Part shown: positions 22,160 to 30,569 of the stretch, in pieces | How positions within the stretch are numbered: the first letter of the stretch is position 1 | How the letters are laid out: every line of letters starts with the position of its first letter | Assembly (NCBI GenBank): GCA_036677365.1 | Contig: JAVBWN010000030.1 | Location: 1-64,000, forward strand | DNA from: Acholeplasma sp. | GTDB lineage: Bacteria; Bacillota_I; Bacilli_A; Acholeplasmatales; UBA5453 | Direction: 5' to 3' | Length of the DNA stretch: 64,000 nucleotides | Position numbers and translations under genes: made by a program | The notes under the pieces: model-generated | Database searches by the model: none | What the model saw: only the letters and a program-made list of their open reading frames with translations | What the model was told of the DNA's origin: nothing

Positions 22160-22884
22160 TCTAATAGAAACTTTGCAGCATCTTTATCAACATAAACGTC
22201 TACATTGGGATGTGTTTGTAAAATAGATGCTGGGAGAGAGGTTGTTATTTCACCCGTAATCATTTGATAAATAGCTTTTGCTTTGGATGCACCAGTCGCA
22301 ATTAATATGATTTTCTTCGCGTTCATAATGCTTTGGATACCCATGGTAATCGCTTGTGTGGGGACTTCATCGATGCTACTAAAGAACCTCGCATTATCTT
22401 CACGTGTATTTTGTGCTAAATTTACAATGTGTGTCGTGGACTCAAAAGGTGTACCAGGCTCATTAAAACCGATGTGTCCATTTGAGCCAATACCCAATAG
22501 TTGAATATCTGGGATATTGTTTTTTAAAATATCATCGTAGTCATTACACGATTGATTCATGTCTTTTGCTAAACCATTGGGTATATGATTGTTTGTCTCA
22601 ATAAAATCTAAGTGATTAAATAGGTGTCGATGCATAAACTGATGGTAAGATTCTGGATGATTCAGTGGTATACCGACGTATTCGTCCAAGTTTATTGTAA
22701 TAACTTTTTGGTAGCTTGTGTGATTCATCTGGTAATCTTTAACAAGCAAATCGTAAATACCCAGCGGTGTTGAACCGGTAGCTAGACCCAACACACAGGG
22801 TTGATTCATACAAACCAATTGGATGATTTCATTTGAGACAGCAATGTCTATTGCTTTTTTAGATTTTAAAATGTGAATATTCAT
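22150..22884 (-). CDS. nagB: Glucosamine-6-phosphate deaminase
   Basis: LGLATGSTP, NLDEYVG, LGIGSNGHIGFNEPG, PASILQ.H. Confidence 0.96.
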   Translation of the reverse strand: MNIHILKSKKAIDIAVSNEIIQLVCMNQPCVLGLATGSTPLGIYDLLVKDYQMNHTSYQKVITINLDEYVGIPLNHPESYHQFMHRHLFNHLDFIETNNHIPNGLAKDMNQSCNDYDDILKNNIPDIQLLGIGSNGHIGFNEPGTPFESTTHIVNLAQNTREDNARFFSSIDEVPTQAITMGIQSIMNAKKIILIATGASKAKAIYQMITGEITTSLPASILQTHPNVDVYVDKDAAKFLLEKK

Positions 22885-22886
22885 AA

Positions 22887-24017
22887 CTACACTCCATAAA
22901 CGATTTGACCATGAATGATGGTTTTTAATACAGAAAACTGATCATCTAAGATGACTAAATTGGCAATTTTATTGGGTGATATTGACCCCATTATGTGATC
23001 CAAACCCAATTGTTTTGCAGGATTGAGTGAACTAATTTTAGAAGCATCTTCAAGAGATAATCCTAAATTTTGAACAAGATATTTATAACCATCATTCATT
23101 TTTAAGATTGATCCCGCCAACGTCCCATCGGCTAATCTAGCTTCTCCGTTTTCGATATAGACCATTTGTCCACCTAAATCATAAATACCTTCACTGAGAT
23201 ATTTTGCTCTCATACTATCGGTAATCAGTGTAATTTGGGACACTCCCTTTGACTTAAGAAGAAGTTTAGCAGCAGGAATTGAAACGTGTATTTTATCCAG
23301 AATAAGTTCTGCGTGGAGTTCATCATGAAGTAAGGCAGCACCGACTACACCGATATCTCGATGATGAAGCGGTGTCATGGCATTGAACATATGGGTAATC
23401 GAGGAGGCACCGTGTTCAATTGCACAGACAACCTGTGGGTAGGTTGCTTTTGTATGCGCAATAGAAATGATAATGTTTTGCTTTCTTAAGTAATCCATCA
23501 GTTGCAGTGACTCATCGAACTCTGGTGCAATAGAAACCTTTTTAATCTGATTATTAGCAGCATTTTCGAATTTTTTAAAAGTGCTGGTATTTGCTTTTAT
23601 AATGCAGTTTTTCGGTTGTGCCCCAGCTGCATCTTCATGAATGAAAGGACCTTCTAAATGAATGCCTAGTACTGTTGAAGCTAGTGGATTCTGATGGTTC
23701 ATATAAGCACGGATGTTAGACAACGCTTTTAATATGTTCATTTCAGATTGTGTCATCGTCGTAGGTAAAAATCCAGTGGTACCTTCTATAACCAAAGAAC
23801 ACGCTAGTTTTTCAATCGCTTGTGGGTCATGATCCATTGCATCATAGCCGTTTGCCCCATGGATATGTAAATCAATAAAACCAGGGACAACATACCGTTT
23901 AGGTTCATGTTCACAAGGTGCCTTTAATTCGATTTTTGAGATTAAGTTTTTATAAAGGATTAAATCACCGTAGACCACTTGATCTTCTAGGACAATCCAT
24001 AGGTTGGATAATTTCAA
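22887..24017 (-). CDS. nagA: N-acetylglucosamine-6-phosphate deacetylase
   Basis: PGFIDLHIHG, HLEGPF, THMFNAM, ITDS, LAGS; TTG start. Confidence 0.96.
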   Translation of the reverse strand: MKLSNLWIVLEDQVVYGDLILYKNLISKIELKAPCEHEPKRYVVPGFIDLHIHGANGYDAMDHDPQAIEKLACSLVIEGTTGFLPTTMTQSEMNILKALSNIRAYMNHQNPLASTVLGIHLEGPFIHEDAAGAQPKNCIIKANTSTFKKFENAANNQIKKVSIAPEFDESLQLMDYLRKQNIIISIAHTKATYPQVVCAIEHGASSITHMFNAMTPLHHRDIGVVGAALLHDELHAELILDKIHVSIPAAKLLLKSKGVSQITLITDSMRAKYLSEGIYDLGGQMVYIENGEARLADGTLAGSILKMNDGYKYLVQNLGLSLEDASKISSLNPAKQLGLDHIMGSISPNKIANLVILDDQFSVLKTIIHGQIVYGV

Positions 24018-24034
24018 ATTTGATCACCATTTCA

Positions 24035-24096
24035 ACTTGTCTATATATATCATATCACCAAAAAAATAAAAGGCAATCTTAATTGTATAGATAAGT
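24035..24096 (-). promoter_or_regulatory. nagAB promoter flanked by two 16-bp GntR/NagR-type operators
   Basis: Minus strand TTGCCT-16 nt-TATGAT with extended TG; sites ACTTGTCTATATATAT (24035-24050) and AATTGTATAGATAAGT (24081-24096). Confidence 0.65.
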
Positions 24097-24107
24097 TGTT
24101 GCACATG

Positions 24108-24129
24108 AAAAAAGACCCTGAATAGGGTC
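24108..24129 (-). terminator. Terminator of the ROK gene
   Basis: GACCCT-GAAT-AGGGTC hairpin preceded by an A6 run on + (U-run on -). Confidence 0.65.
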
Positions 24130-24152
24130 GATTCATTTGGAATAAAACCGTC

Positions 24153-24183
24153 ACTTGTAAAGTCAACTGTTGAGGTATATAAT
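24153..24183 (+). promoter_or_regulatory. Plus-strand sigma-A promoter with overlapping operator, facing antisense into the ROK gene
   Basis: TTGTAA(24155)-17 nt-TATAAT(24178); operator-like ACTTGTAAAGTCAACT at 24153-24168. Confidence 0.5.
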
Positions 24184-24195
24184 ATTAACTAAGGT

Positions 24196-25080
24196 TTACT
24201 TATACTGAGGATATTGATTGAGAAAGTGATAAAATGCACCAATCATGCCAGCGTCGTTTTTATGAGTAGCCGCCTTTATTGCTGTGTATTTTCGTAGGTG
24301 TTCGTTTAATCTTGGATCGATAAAATGTGTCAATTCATCGATAAACTGATTTCTACCAGTAATCCCTCCACCAATCACAATCACTTCGGGATTAAAAGCA
24401 TATGCGATATTGGCAATACCAATACTTAGGTTCTGGTAAAATCGATGGACAATTTGAATAGCAATTGGATGTTGTTTGTCATAAAGTTTAAAGACTTCAA
24501 CACCATTTTGAATGTGGGAACCGATTTGAGTTTGTGCAGCTTTAACTAGACTTGAAGTCGATGCGATTGCTTCGTAATCAGAAGATTCAACACACATTAA
24601 CCCAAATTCACCAGCACTATAACCATGACCTTGAATGAGTTGACCATTCAAAATAAGGGCACCCCCTATACCCGTTCCAACCGTTAATGCAACCATCGAT
24701 GAAGCAGATTTTCCTGCCCCTTGATGAAACTCACATAACGCCATTGAATTGACATCATTCATGACAGACACAGGCATTAGTAATTTTGACTCAAGGTATT
24801 TGATGACATTCATTCCGATGTAATCTACTATAGCGTTGGTTGCTGACAGCACCTCACCTGTGTTGGAGTTGATAACACCTGCAGATGAAATGGCGATACC
24901 TTCGCCAGGATATACCAATGCCAATGATTTTGTTACAGCAACGATATCATCTAGTATAAATTTTCCGCCCAAAGCACCACGAGAGGGCATCTTATCTTTT
25001 GCAATCAAAACCCCATCATGATTGATGACCCCATATTTAATTTCTGTACCACCAATATCAAAAACAAAAAAATAACGCAC
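24196..25080 (-). CDS. ROK family sugar kinase (probable ManNAc/GlcNAc kinase)
   Basis: DIGGTEIK, NDVN, TVGTGIGGA, GEFG; no CxC zinc motif; amino-sugar context; GTG start. Confidence 0.85.
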   Translation of the reverse strand: MRYFFVFDIGGTEIKYGVINHDGVLIAKDKMPSRGALGGKFILDDIVAVTKSLALVYPGEGIAISSAGVINSNTGEVLSATNAIVDYIGMNVIKYLESKLLMPVSVMNDVNSMALCEFHQGAGKSASSMVALTVGTGIGGALILNGQLIQGHGYSAGEFGLMCVESSDYEAIASTSSLVKAAQTQIGSHIQNGVEVFKLYDKQHPIAIQIVHRFYQNLSIGIANIAYAFNPEVIVIGGGITGRNQFIDELTHFIDPRLNEHLRKYTAIKAATHKNDAGMIGAFYHFLNQYPQYK

Positions 25081-25192
25081 AAAAACACCTCTTTCAATAC
25101 TAGTTGCTATTATAAGGGGAGTTTATAAAAAAAACAATTGATTTTTTATAGAGGAAAATCGATAAGTGTAACTTATCATTCGAGGTGAAATA

Positions 25193-25903
25193 ATGATAAC
25201 TCCTATTTACAAAGTGATTGAGTCAGACATCAAAACTAAAATCAATCAAGGCGAATTAAAAAGTGGTGACTTGGTACCATCTGAAAACGAGCTTAAAGAC
25301 CAATACAATGTATCACGTATGACAGTTAGACAAGCTTTGAATAATTTGGTTAATGAGGGTTACTTGTATCGACACAAGGGAAAAGGCACATTCATTTCTC
25401 AAAGAAAAATCGAAAAGAACATCCATGGTGTCAGATCGTTTACAGAAGAAATGGCTGCAACAGGCAGAAAAGTTTCGAACAAAATCATTTCATTTGAATA
25501 CATCGAAGCATCTCAAGAGATTGCTGATAAATTATTCTTAAATGAGAAGGATGAAGTCATTTTTATCGAACGTGTGCGATACGGTAATGACATCCCGGTT
25601 TTATTTGAGCAACTCTACATCCCGGCAAAATTATTTAAAACCATCACTAAAGAGAACCTTACAGGGTCATTTTACCAGTATATGGAACATGAACTTGGTA
25701 TGCAAATATCCCATTGTATTCAATCCATAGAAGCCATCAGCGCGGATTCGAAAGTTTCTATTGCACTTGAAGTCAATAAAAACGTACCGACATTATTGAT
25801 CGTTAGAAATACCTTTTTATCCAACGGTAGACCTTTTGAATATGTGCGTTCATATTACAGGGCTGACCAATATAAATTTGTCCAACACGCCATTAAAGGA
25901 TAA
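25193..25903 (+). CDS. GntR/HutC (UTRA) transcriptional regulator, NagR/DasR-like
   Basis: PSENEL, VSRMTVRQAL, GKGTF, SFTEEM, YRADQY. Confidence 0.92.
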   Translation: MITPIYKVIESDIKTKINQGELKSGDLVPSENELKDQYNVSRMTVRQALNNLVNEGYLYRHKGKGTFISQRKIEKNIHGVRSFTEEMAATGRKVSNKIISFEYIEASQEIADKLFLNEKDEVIFIERVRYGNDIPVLFEQLYIPAKLFKTITKENLTGSFYQYMEHELGMQISHCIQSIEAISADSKVSIALEVNKNVPTLLIVRNTFLSNGRPFEYVRSYYRADQYKFVQHAIKG

Positions 25904-25925
25904 ACGAGAAATCGTTTATTTTTTT
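25900..25925 (+). terminator. Intrinsic terminator
   Basis: ATAAACGA-GAAA-TCGTTTAT plus T-run. Confidence 0.7.
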
Positions 25926-25934
25926 ACTTCGTCA

Positions 25935-25970
25935 CTATGTATAGACAAGTGAAGGGTTGTTTGTTATAAT
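25935..25970 (+). promoter_or_regulatory. Promoter with operator over the -35 element
   Basis: TAGACA(25942)-17 nt-TATAAT(25965), extended TG; operator CTATGTATAGACAAGT at 25935-25950. Confidence 0.7.
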
Positions 25971-25994
25971 GACCTTAATTGTGAGGTATGAACC

Positions 25995-26921
25995 ATGATC
26001 GAAGTAAAACCATTATCCAATCTAGATGCCCCGATGAAACAAAAATGTTTTGGAGGTGCATGGTATCATAAAGTAATGAGTGTGAACTACCCATTTTATG
26101 GCATCGAAGGCGTGATTACATTGCCAATACCGTTTATCAGAAGATATGCAGATGCCAAGAAGTATAAAGGTATTTTAAACCCCAACTCAAAAAATTTAGA
26201 TGTCTCTTCGATTTACTTGGGGGGACATGCGACAGATGAATCGGATGTTGGATTGGCGTTGTTTCGGGGACAGTTATTCAATGGAATTTCTGCTGGGGCA
26301 TGTGTTTATCGACCATTTTGGCGATACATCACAGATCAATTCGAAGATATTGGTGGGTATGATTTGGATCAACAACGCTTTTACGCTGCGACGATGTTAT
26401 CCAATCACGAAGGCATGAAAAACATATATGCACAATATCACCCATCGTTCACCGAATTTTATTATTTACCTGGGGATACCATAAAAATGTCACTTACTAG
26501 TCCAAAACCACATTTCATGCAATTAACAATTGAAGTGATGGAAGTATCTACCTTACCTTATTCTGTTCAAATGAGAAAAAGAAATCGATGGAAGGCACCA
26601 AAAACGTTTATTTCACCCCTATTCGCTTCCAAAGGTCATGGAACAGATATGCCAAAAACATACAAAAGAGTCAACGCAATTGATCAAGTAAAGAATGAAG
26701 GCAAACAGGCGACTATGACGAATTCAGAAATATTAAATGCTCAATGGAAATCCTGTTTCTTGTACTACAAGGAAAATGGGACCCTTTTTAAAACACCTTT
26801 AAATGATGATATAGCTGTCACGATGCAATGCCCGGATGATAAAGCATTCTTTATTACCCCTATTGACAATGTCACTGGGGGACAAATGATTTCTATTTGT
26901 CCAAAAGAGGTGTTAAGATGA
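25995..26921 (+). CDS. Uncharacterised conserved-domain protein, paralogue 1 (no signal peptide)
   Basis: GAGGT RBS; shares many motifs with 47391 and 53303. Confidence 0.85.
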   Translation: MIEVKPLSNLDAPMKQKCFGGAWYHKVMSVNYPFYGIEGVITLPIPFIRRYADAKKYKGILNPNSKNLDVSSIYLGGHATDESDVGLALFRGQLFNGISAGACVYRPFWRYITDQFEDIGGYDLDQQRFYAATMLSNHEGMKNIYAQYHPSFTEFYYLPGDTIKMSLTSPKPHFMQLTIEVMEVSTLPYSVQMRKRNRWKAPKTFISPLFASKGHGTDMPKTYKRVNAIDQVKNEGKQATMTNSEILNAQWKSCFLYYKENGTLFKTPLNDDIAVTMQCPDDKAFFITPIDNVTGGQMISICPKEVLR

Positions 26922-28744
26922 AAAAAACATGGATAATTATTCTTGGCTTCTTGTACTTTATAGCAGTCCCCATTCATGCGGCAGGTTTAAACTATACTGA
27001 GATTTCAAATACAGAAACCAGGCTATCAGGGGTTCAAGTCCAGTCTATTTCAGCCAATGTATATAACGATGCTGGGACAGAGTCGATTCAAAATATTCAA
27101 GTGATTGGTGGTAGTGATGACGTATTATTGACCACATGGAGCTACTTTGATGGCGCAGGTAATTTGGTTAATAAGGATGTGCTCAGCCTAGCGCGAGATT
27201 TTAATCAAAAAAATCCCAACTATGAAGTCATCGCTGGGGTTAATGGTGATTATTTCACCACAGGATCAACCATCAATGCTAATATGATTTTTGGTTCTAA
27301 ATTGATCAAGTCAAACAATCATGATAAATATTTCGCCATTGAACTCGACCCTAAAGGCAGTTTTAATTCGACCATTAAAACGATTGCATTAAGCGATACA
27401 TACAAACTATACATTTATCATCAAGAAAATGACGCATTGATGGCTGTAGTCAAATTGGAAAATATCAATGATTCAACCATTGAAGTTGGACAAACAGGTG
27501 TTTTTTACAATTATGATGCATTGTCAAAAGCAAGCGGTACACACTTTAGTTATGATTTAGTAATGAAAACCAATACAAACAATCAATTCTTTTTTCTTGG
27601 AACAAATCCAATGGCGAAAGAAGGTGTGATTGAAACAACCAATACAAAAATATCAATTTTGTCTCGTGATGAACATATACAATCATTATTGAATGAAGGC
27701 TATGTCAAAATCCAAAAAGAAGTAAAAAATGTGAACGAAGGTAACACATTGTTAGGTGTGGATTCGCAAATCATTCAAAATAATGCCATAAAAGCTTTTT
27801 CGGAGATTGGTGGACAAAGTGCTTCTAATAACGAATCAAGACATCCGAGAACAGGTATTGGGTTTGATGAACAAAATCGACCTATTTTAATTACGGTAGA
27901 TGGCAGACAAACAGGCTTTTCACAAGGGGTCAATCTTCGTGAGTTTGCAAAAATCATGCAAGTTCATGGGATTGTAAATGGTTTTAACTTAGATGGTGGG
28001 GGTTCTACACAAGCCATCATCAAAGAAGGCGACGATTTCAGAATGCTTAATCGTCCCTCCGAAGGTGGACCAACAACGTATAGAAGTGTTTCAAATGCGG
28101 TTTTTTTTATCAAACCTAAAGCCAAAGCGGATATCGTCACAACCATCAATCAAAATATACTGACGTTAGCACTACCATCGTTGAATTATGATGTGTTCAT
28201 ACAGGGTGTTAAACAGGCGTTAAATTCAAGTACGCTTGTTGTTCAAATCGATCCAAATAAAGATCAAGCCATCAGTATTGTCGACCTTACACACCAGATG
28301 GCGGTTTTCAATCAAGTAATTTGGATTAATTATGTAAAACCAATTACGCAACCAATTTTTACTGAAATCACACACGAAATCAGTTCAAATAACGTCAGTA
28401 TTCTCATTTATTTTGAAGATCCGGATCGCTTGATTGATCGGATGTATGTGATTCATCAGGAGTCTGATATCCAAAAGGTTGCACTCGTTCAATATGCGGG
28501 ATTGAGAAAAGCTGTATTTGACCAGTTAAATGAAGGAGATAATCACTATACCATTCACTATGAGTTGAAGGATGGTACCAAAGAAACCATCGAATATCAT
28601 TTTCTACATAACATTGAAACACCGACTGAAGAACCCAATGAATCATCATTCCCTTGGGTTCTCAGCATATCGATTGCAATACCGAGTCTCTTATTAATGA
28701 CAGGAGCAGTTTGGCTTTTTGCCACAAAGCGGAAATCAATATGA
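26918..28744 (+). CDS. Secreted, C-terminally membrane-anchored phosphodiester glycosidase (NAGPA/DUF2233 family)
   Basis: Signal peptide MKKTWIIILGF..IHA, NGDYF, RHPRTGIG, ITVDGRQ, NLDGGGST, RSVSNAV, C-terminal TM plus KRK; ATGA overlap. Confidence 0.85.
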   Translation: MKKTWIIILGFLYFIAVPIHAAGLNYTEISNTETRLSGVQVQSISANVYNDAGTESIQNIQVIGGSDDVLLTTWSYFDGAGNLVNKDVLSLARDFNQKNPNYEVIAGVNGDYFTTGSTINANMIFGSKLIKSNNHDKYFAIELDPKGSFNSTIKTIALSDTYKLYIYHQENDALMAVVKLENINDSTIEVGQTGVFYNYDALSKASGTHFSYDLVMKTNTNNQFFFLGTNPMAKEGVIETTNTKISILSRDEHIQSLLNEGYVKIQKEVKNVNEGNTLLGVDSQIIQNNAIKAFSEIGGQSASNNESRHPRTGIGFDEQNRPILITVDGRQTGFSQGVNLREFAKIMQVHGIVNGFNLDGGGSTQAIIKEGDDFRMLNRPSEGGPTTYRSVSNAVFFIKPKAKADIVTTINQNILTLALPSLNYDVFIQGVKQALNSSTLVVQIDPNKDQAISIVDLTHQMAVFNQVIWINYVKPITQPIFTEITHEISSNNVSILIYFEDPDRLIDRMYVIHQESDIQKVALVQYAGLRKAVFDQLNEGDNHYTIHYELKDGTKETIEYHFLHNIETPTEEPNESSFPWVLSISIAIPSLLLMTGAVWLFATKRKSI

Positions 28745-30441
28745 AAAAATTACTCAGTGAACTAGATATCAAGCATTCAATCAAATCATTTATACCCTCA
28801 AATCAAACATATATAGATAATGATACCTTATACTATAAGAGTATTCCGAGCGCTCTTTTTTGTTTAAAACATGTAGAACTCACAGGACGAACCATTCCAG
28901 ATGATGGGTTTAAAACCAAAGGAACTATGGTGGATTTATCACGCAACGCAGTTTTTAAAGTTGACTATTTTAAACAGGTACTATATAAAAAAGCGTTGCT
29001 CGGGTTTAATGTGGTTTGGCTATATATGGAAGATGTTTATACGCTAGAAGATTACCCAAAGTTTGGTTATTTACGCGGTAGATATACTTTGAATCAACTT
29101 AAAGAACTGGATGACTATGCCAATTACTTAGGGATTGAATTGGTACCGTGCATTCAAACATTAGGACACATGGGGCAATTTTTGAGGTGGCCATCTTCAG
29201 CCCCGTTTAGAGACCAATCTGATGTATTGATGATGCGTGAAAGCATACCACTCATCCATGCAATGATCTCTTTTTGTAAAAAAGCTTTTAGAACAACCCA
29301 AATCCACGTTGGTATGGATGAGACATTCGGATTTAGTTTTGGGCAACATTACAAAAAATATGGGTATGAAGATCCAGAATCATTATTCATTGAACATCTA
29401 AATACGGTTAATAATATTTGCCTAAACGTGGGTTATAAAGATGTACTCATTTGGTCAGATATGTTTTTTAGACATCGATCTCAAACCAATTACTACTATG
29501 ATACTGAAATCACATTTGATCAAGCATTCATACAAAAAATACCTAATAATGTCGGCTTAGTTTACTGGGATTACTATAACCATAAGCCAGATATTTATGA
29601 TAAGATGCTACAAAAACACCTTCAGATGAATCGACGGGTTGTCATGGCTAGTGGTGTATGGATTTGGACAAAATTGGCTTATGACCATGAACAAACCAAA
29701 CGAACCGCTGCATTAGCCATTGATGCAACAAAAGAATTAGGCATCAAAGAAATCATCTTTACACAATGGCAAGATGATGGTGCTTATGTGGATTATGAGA
29801 CCAGTTTTCATGGTTTATTTGACGTCACACAATGGGCATGTGAACATAAGGTGAGTGAGGATTATCTACTTTATTTAACCCACAATAGCCTCAATAATCA
29901 TTTAAGTATTAGTCAAGTCAATCGTTTGGGTTTTGATCCAGTAAGATTGCTTTGGGATGACTTATGTTTAGGGATATATCTCAATGACTTGGTCGGATAC
30001 GACTCAAGCAAGTTGGCAACATATATTCGAAAAACTAAACACCATATCAAAAACATGAGACAAATCGGTGCGTACCATCATCGTTTGATTGCTGAGGTTC
30101 TATGTGTTAAATTAGAAATTCGAGTATCCATTTTAGAAGGATACTTTACAACGTATGACTTTAGTCATACAATGGTACTGTTGAAACGATTTAAGCGATT
30201 AATGTCATCATTAGTCAACTCGTTTGATGAGATGTGGCATAATAGGTATACACCCTTTGGTCTAGAAGTACTACAAACTAGGCTGTTTGCTCAAATCAAG
30301 CGTGCAGAAGAGTTGGCTTATTGGATCCATGCATACAGCAACAAAGAAATCGACAGGATTCCTTTTTTAGAAGAAACACTGTCCAAGGAACCCTATATCG
30401 GGGTTAAGCATTTAGAATTGGCATTTAGCTCGAAACAATGA
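28741..30441 (+). CDS. GH20-like beta-N-acetylhexosaminidase (GcnA type), cytoplasmic
   Basis: MVDLSRNAV, LYMEDVY, FGYLRGRY, IQTLGH, HVGMDET catalytic DE, YWDYY; start at ATGA overlap. Confidence 0.85.
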   Translation: MKKLLSELDIKHSIKSFIPSNQTYIDNDTLYYKSIPSALFCLKHVELTGRTIPDDGFKTKGTMVDLSRNAVFKVDYFKQVLYKKALLGFNVVWLYMEDVYTLEDYPKFGYLRGRYTLNQLKELDDYANYLGIELVPCIQTLGHMGQFLRWPSSAPFRDQSDVLMMRESIPLIHAMISFCKKAFRTTQIHVGMDETFGFSFGQHYKKYGYEDPESLFIEHLNTVNNICLNVGYKDVLIWSDMFFRHRSQTNYYYDTEITFDQAFIQKIPNNVGLVYWDYYNHKPDIYDKMLQKHLQMNRRVVMASGVWIWTKLAYDHEQTKRTAALAIDATKELGIKEIIFTQWQDDGAYVDYETSFHGLFDVTQWACEHKVSEDYLLYLTHNSLNNHLSISQVNRLGFDPVRLLWDDLCLGIYLNDLVGYDSSKLATYIRKTKHHIKNMRQIGAYHHRLIAEVLCVKLEIRVSILEGYFTTYDFSHTMVLLKRFKRLMSSLVNSFDEMWHNRYTPFGLEVLQTRLFAQIKRAEELAYWIHAYSNKEIDRIPFLEETLSKEPYIGVKHLELAFSSKQ

Positions 30442-30466
30442 AGGGGCTTTGTCCCCTTTTATTTTT
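30441..30466 (+). terminator. Intrinsic terminator
   Basis: AAGGGG-CTTTGT-CCCCTT plus T-rich tail. Confidence 0.7.
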
Positions 30467-30495
30467 GCAGGAATGTTTAAAACGCTTTCAAAAAC

Positions 30496-30548
30496 ACTTG
30501 ACTATACATTTGAAGATGATTATAATGGGTGTAGATGTATATACAATT
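30496..30548 (+). promoter_or_regulatory. Promoter with two operators
   Basis: TTGACT(30498)-17 nt-TATAAT(30521); ACTTGACTATACATTT (30496-30511) and AGATGTATATACAATT (30533-30548). Confidence 0.75.
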
Positions 30549-30569
30549 AAAACGGAGGAAAAGAATCGA

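Noticed and set aside
30438..30569. Upstream extensions given by the ORF track (30438, also 2802, 26897, 28654, 32830, 46786, 50223)
   Set aside because: They run through terminators, promoters or upstream genes; downstream ATGs have RBSs, stop-start overlaps or signal peptides
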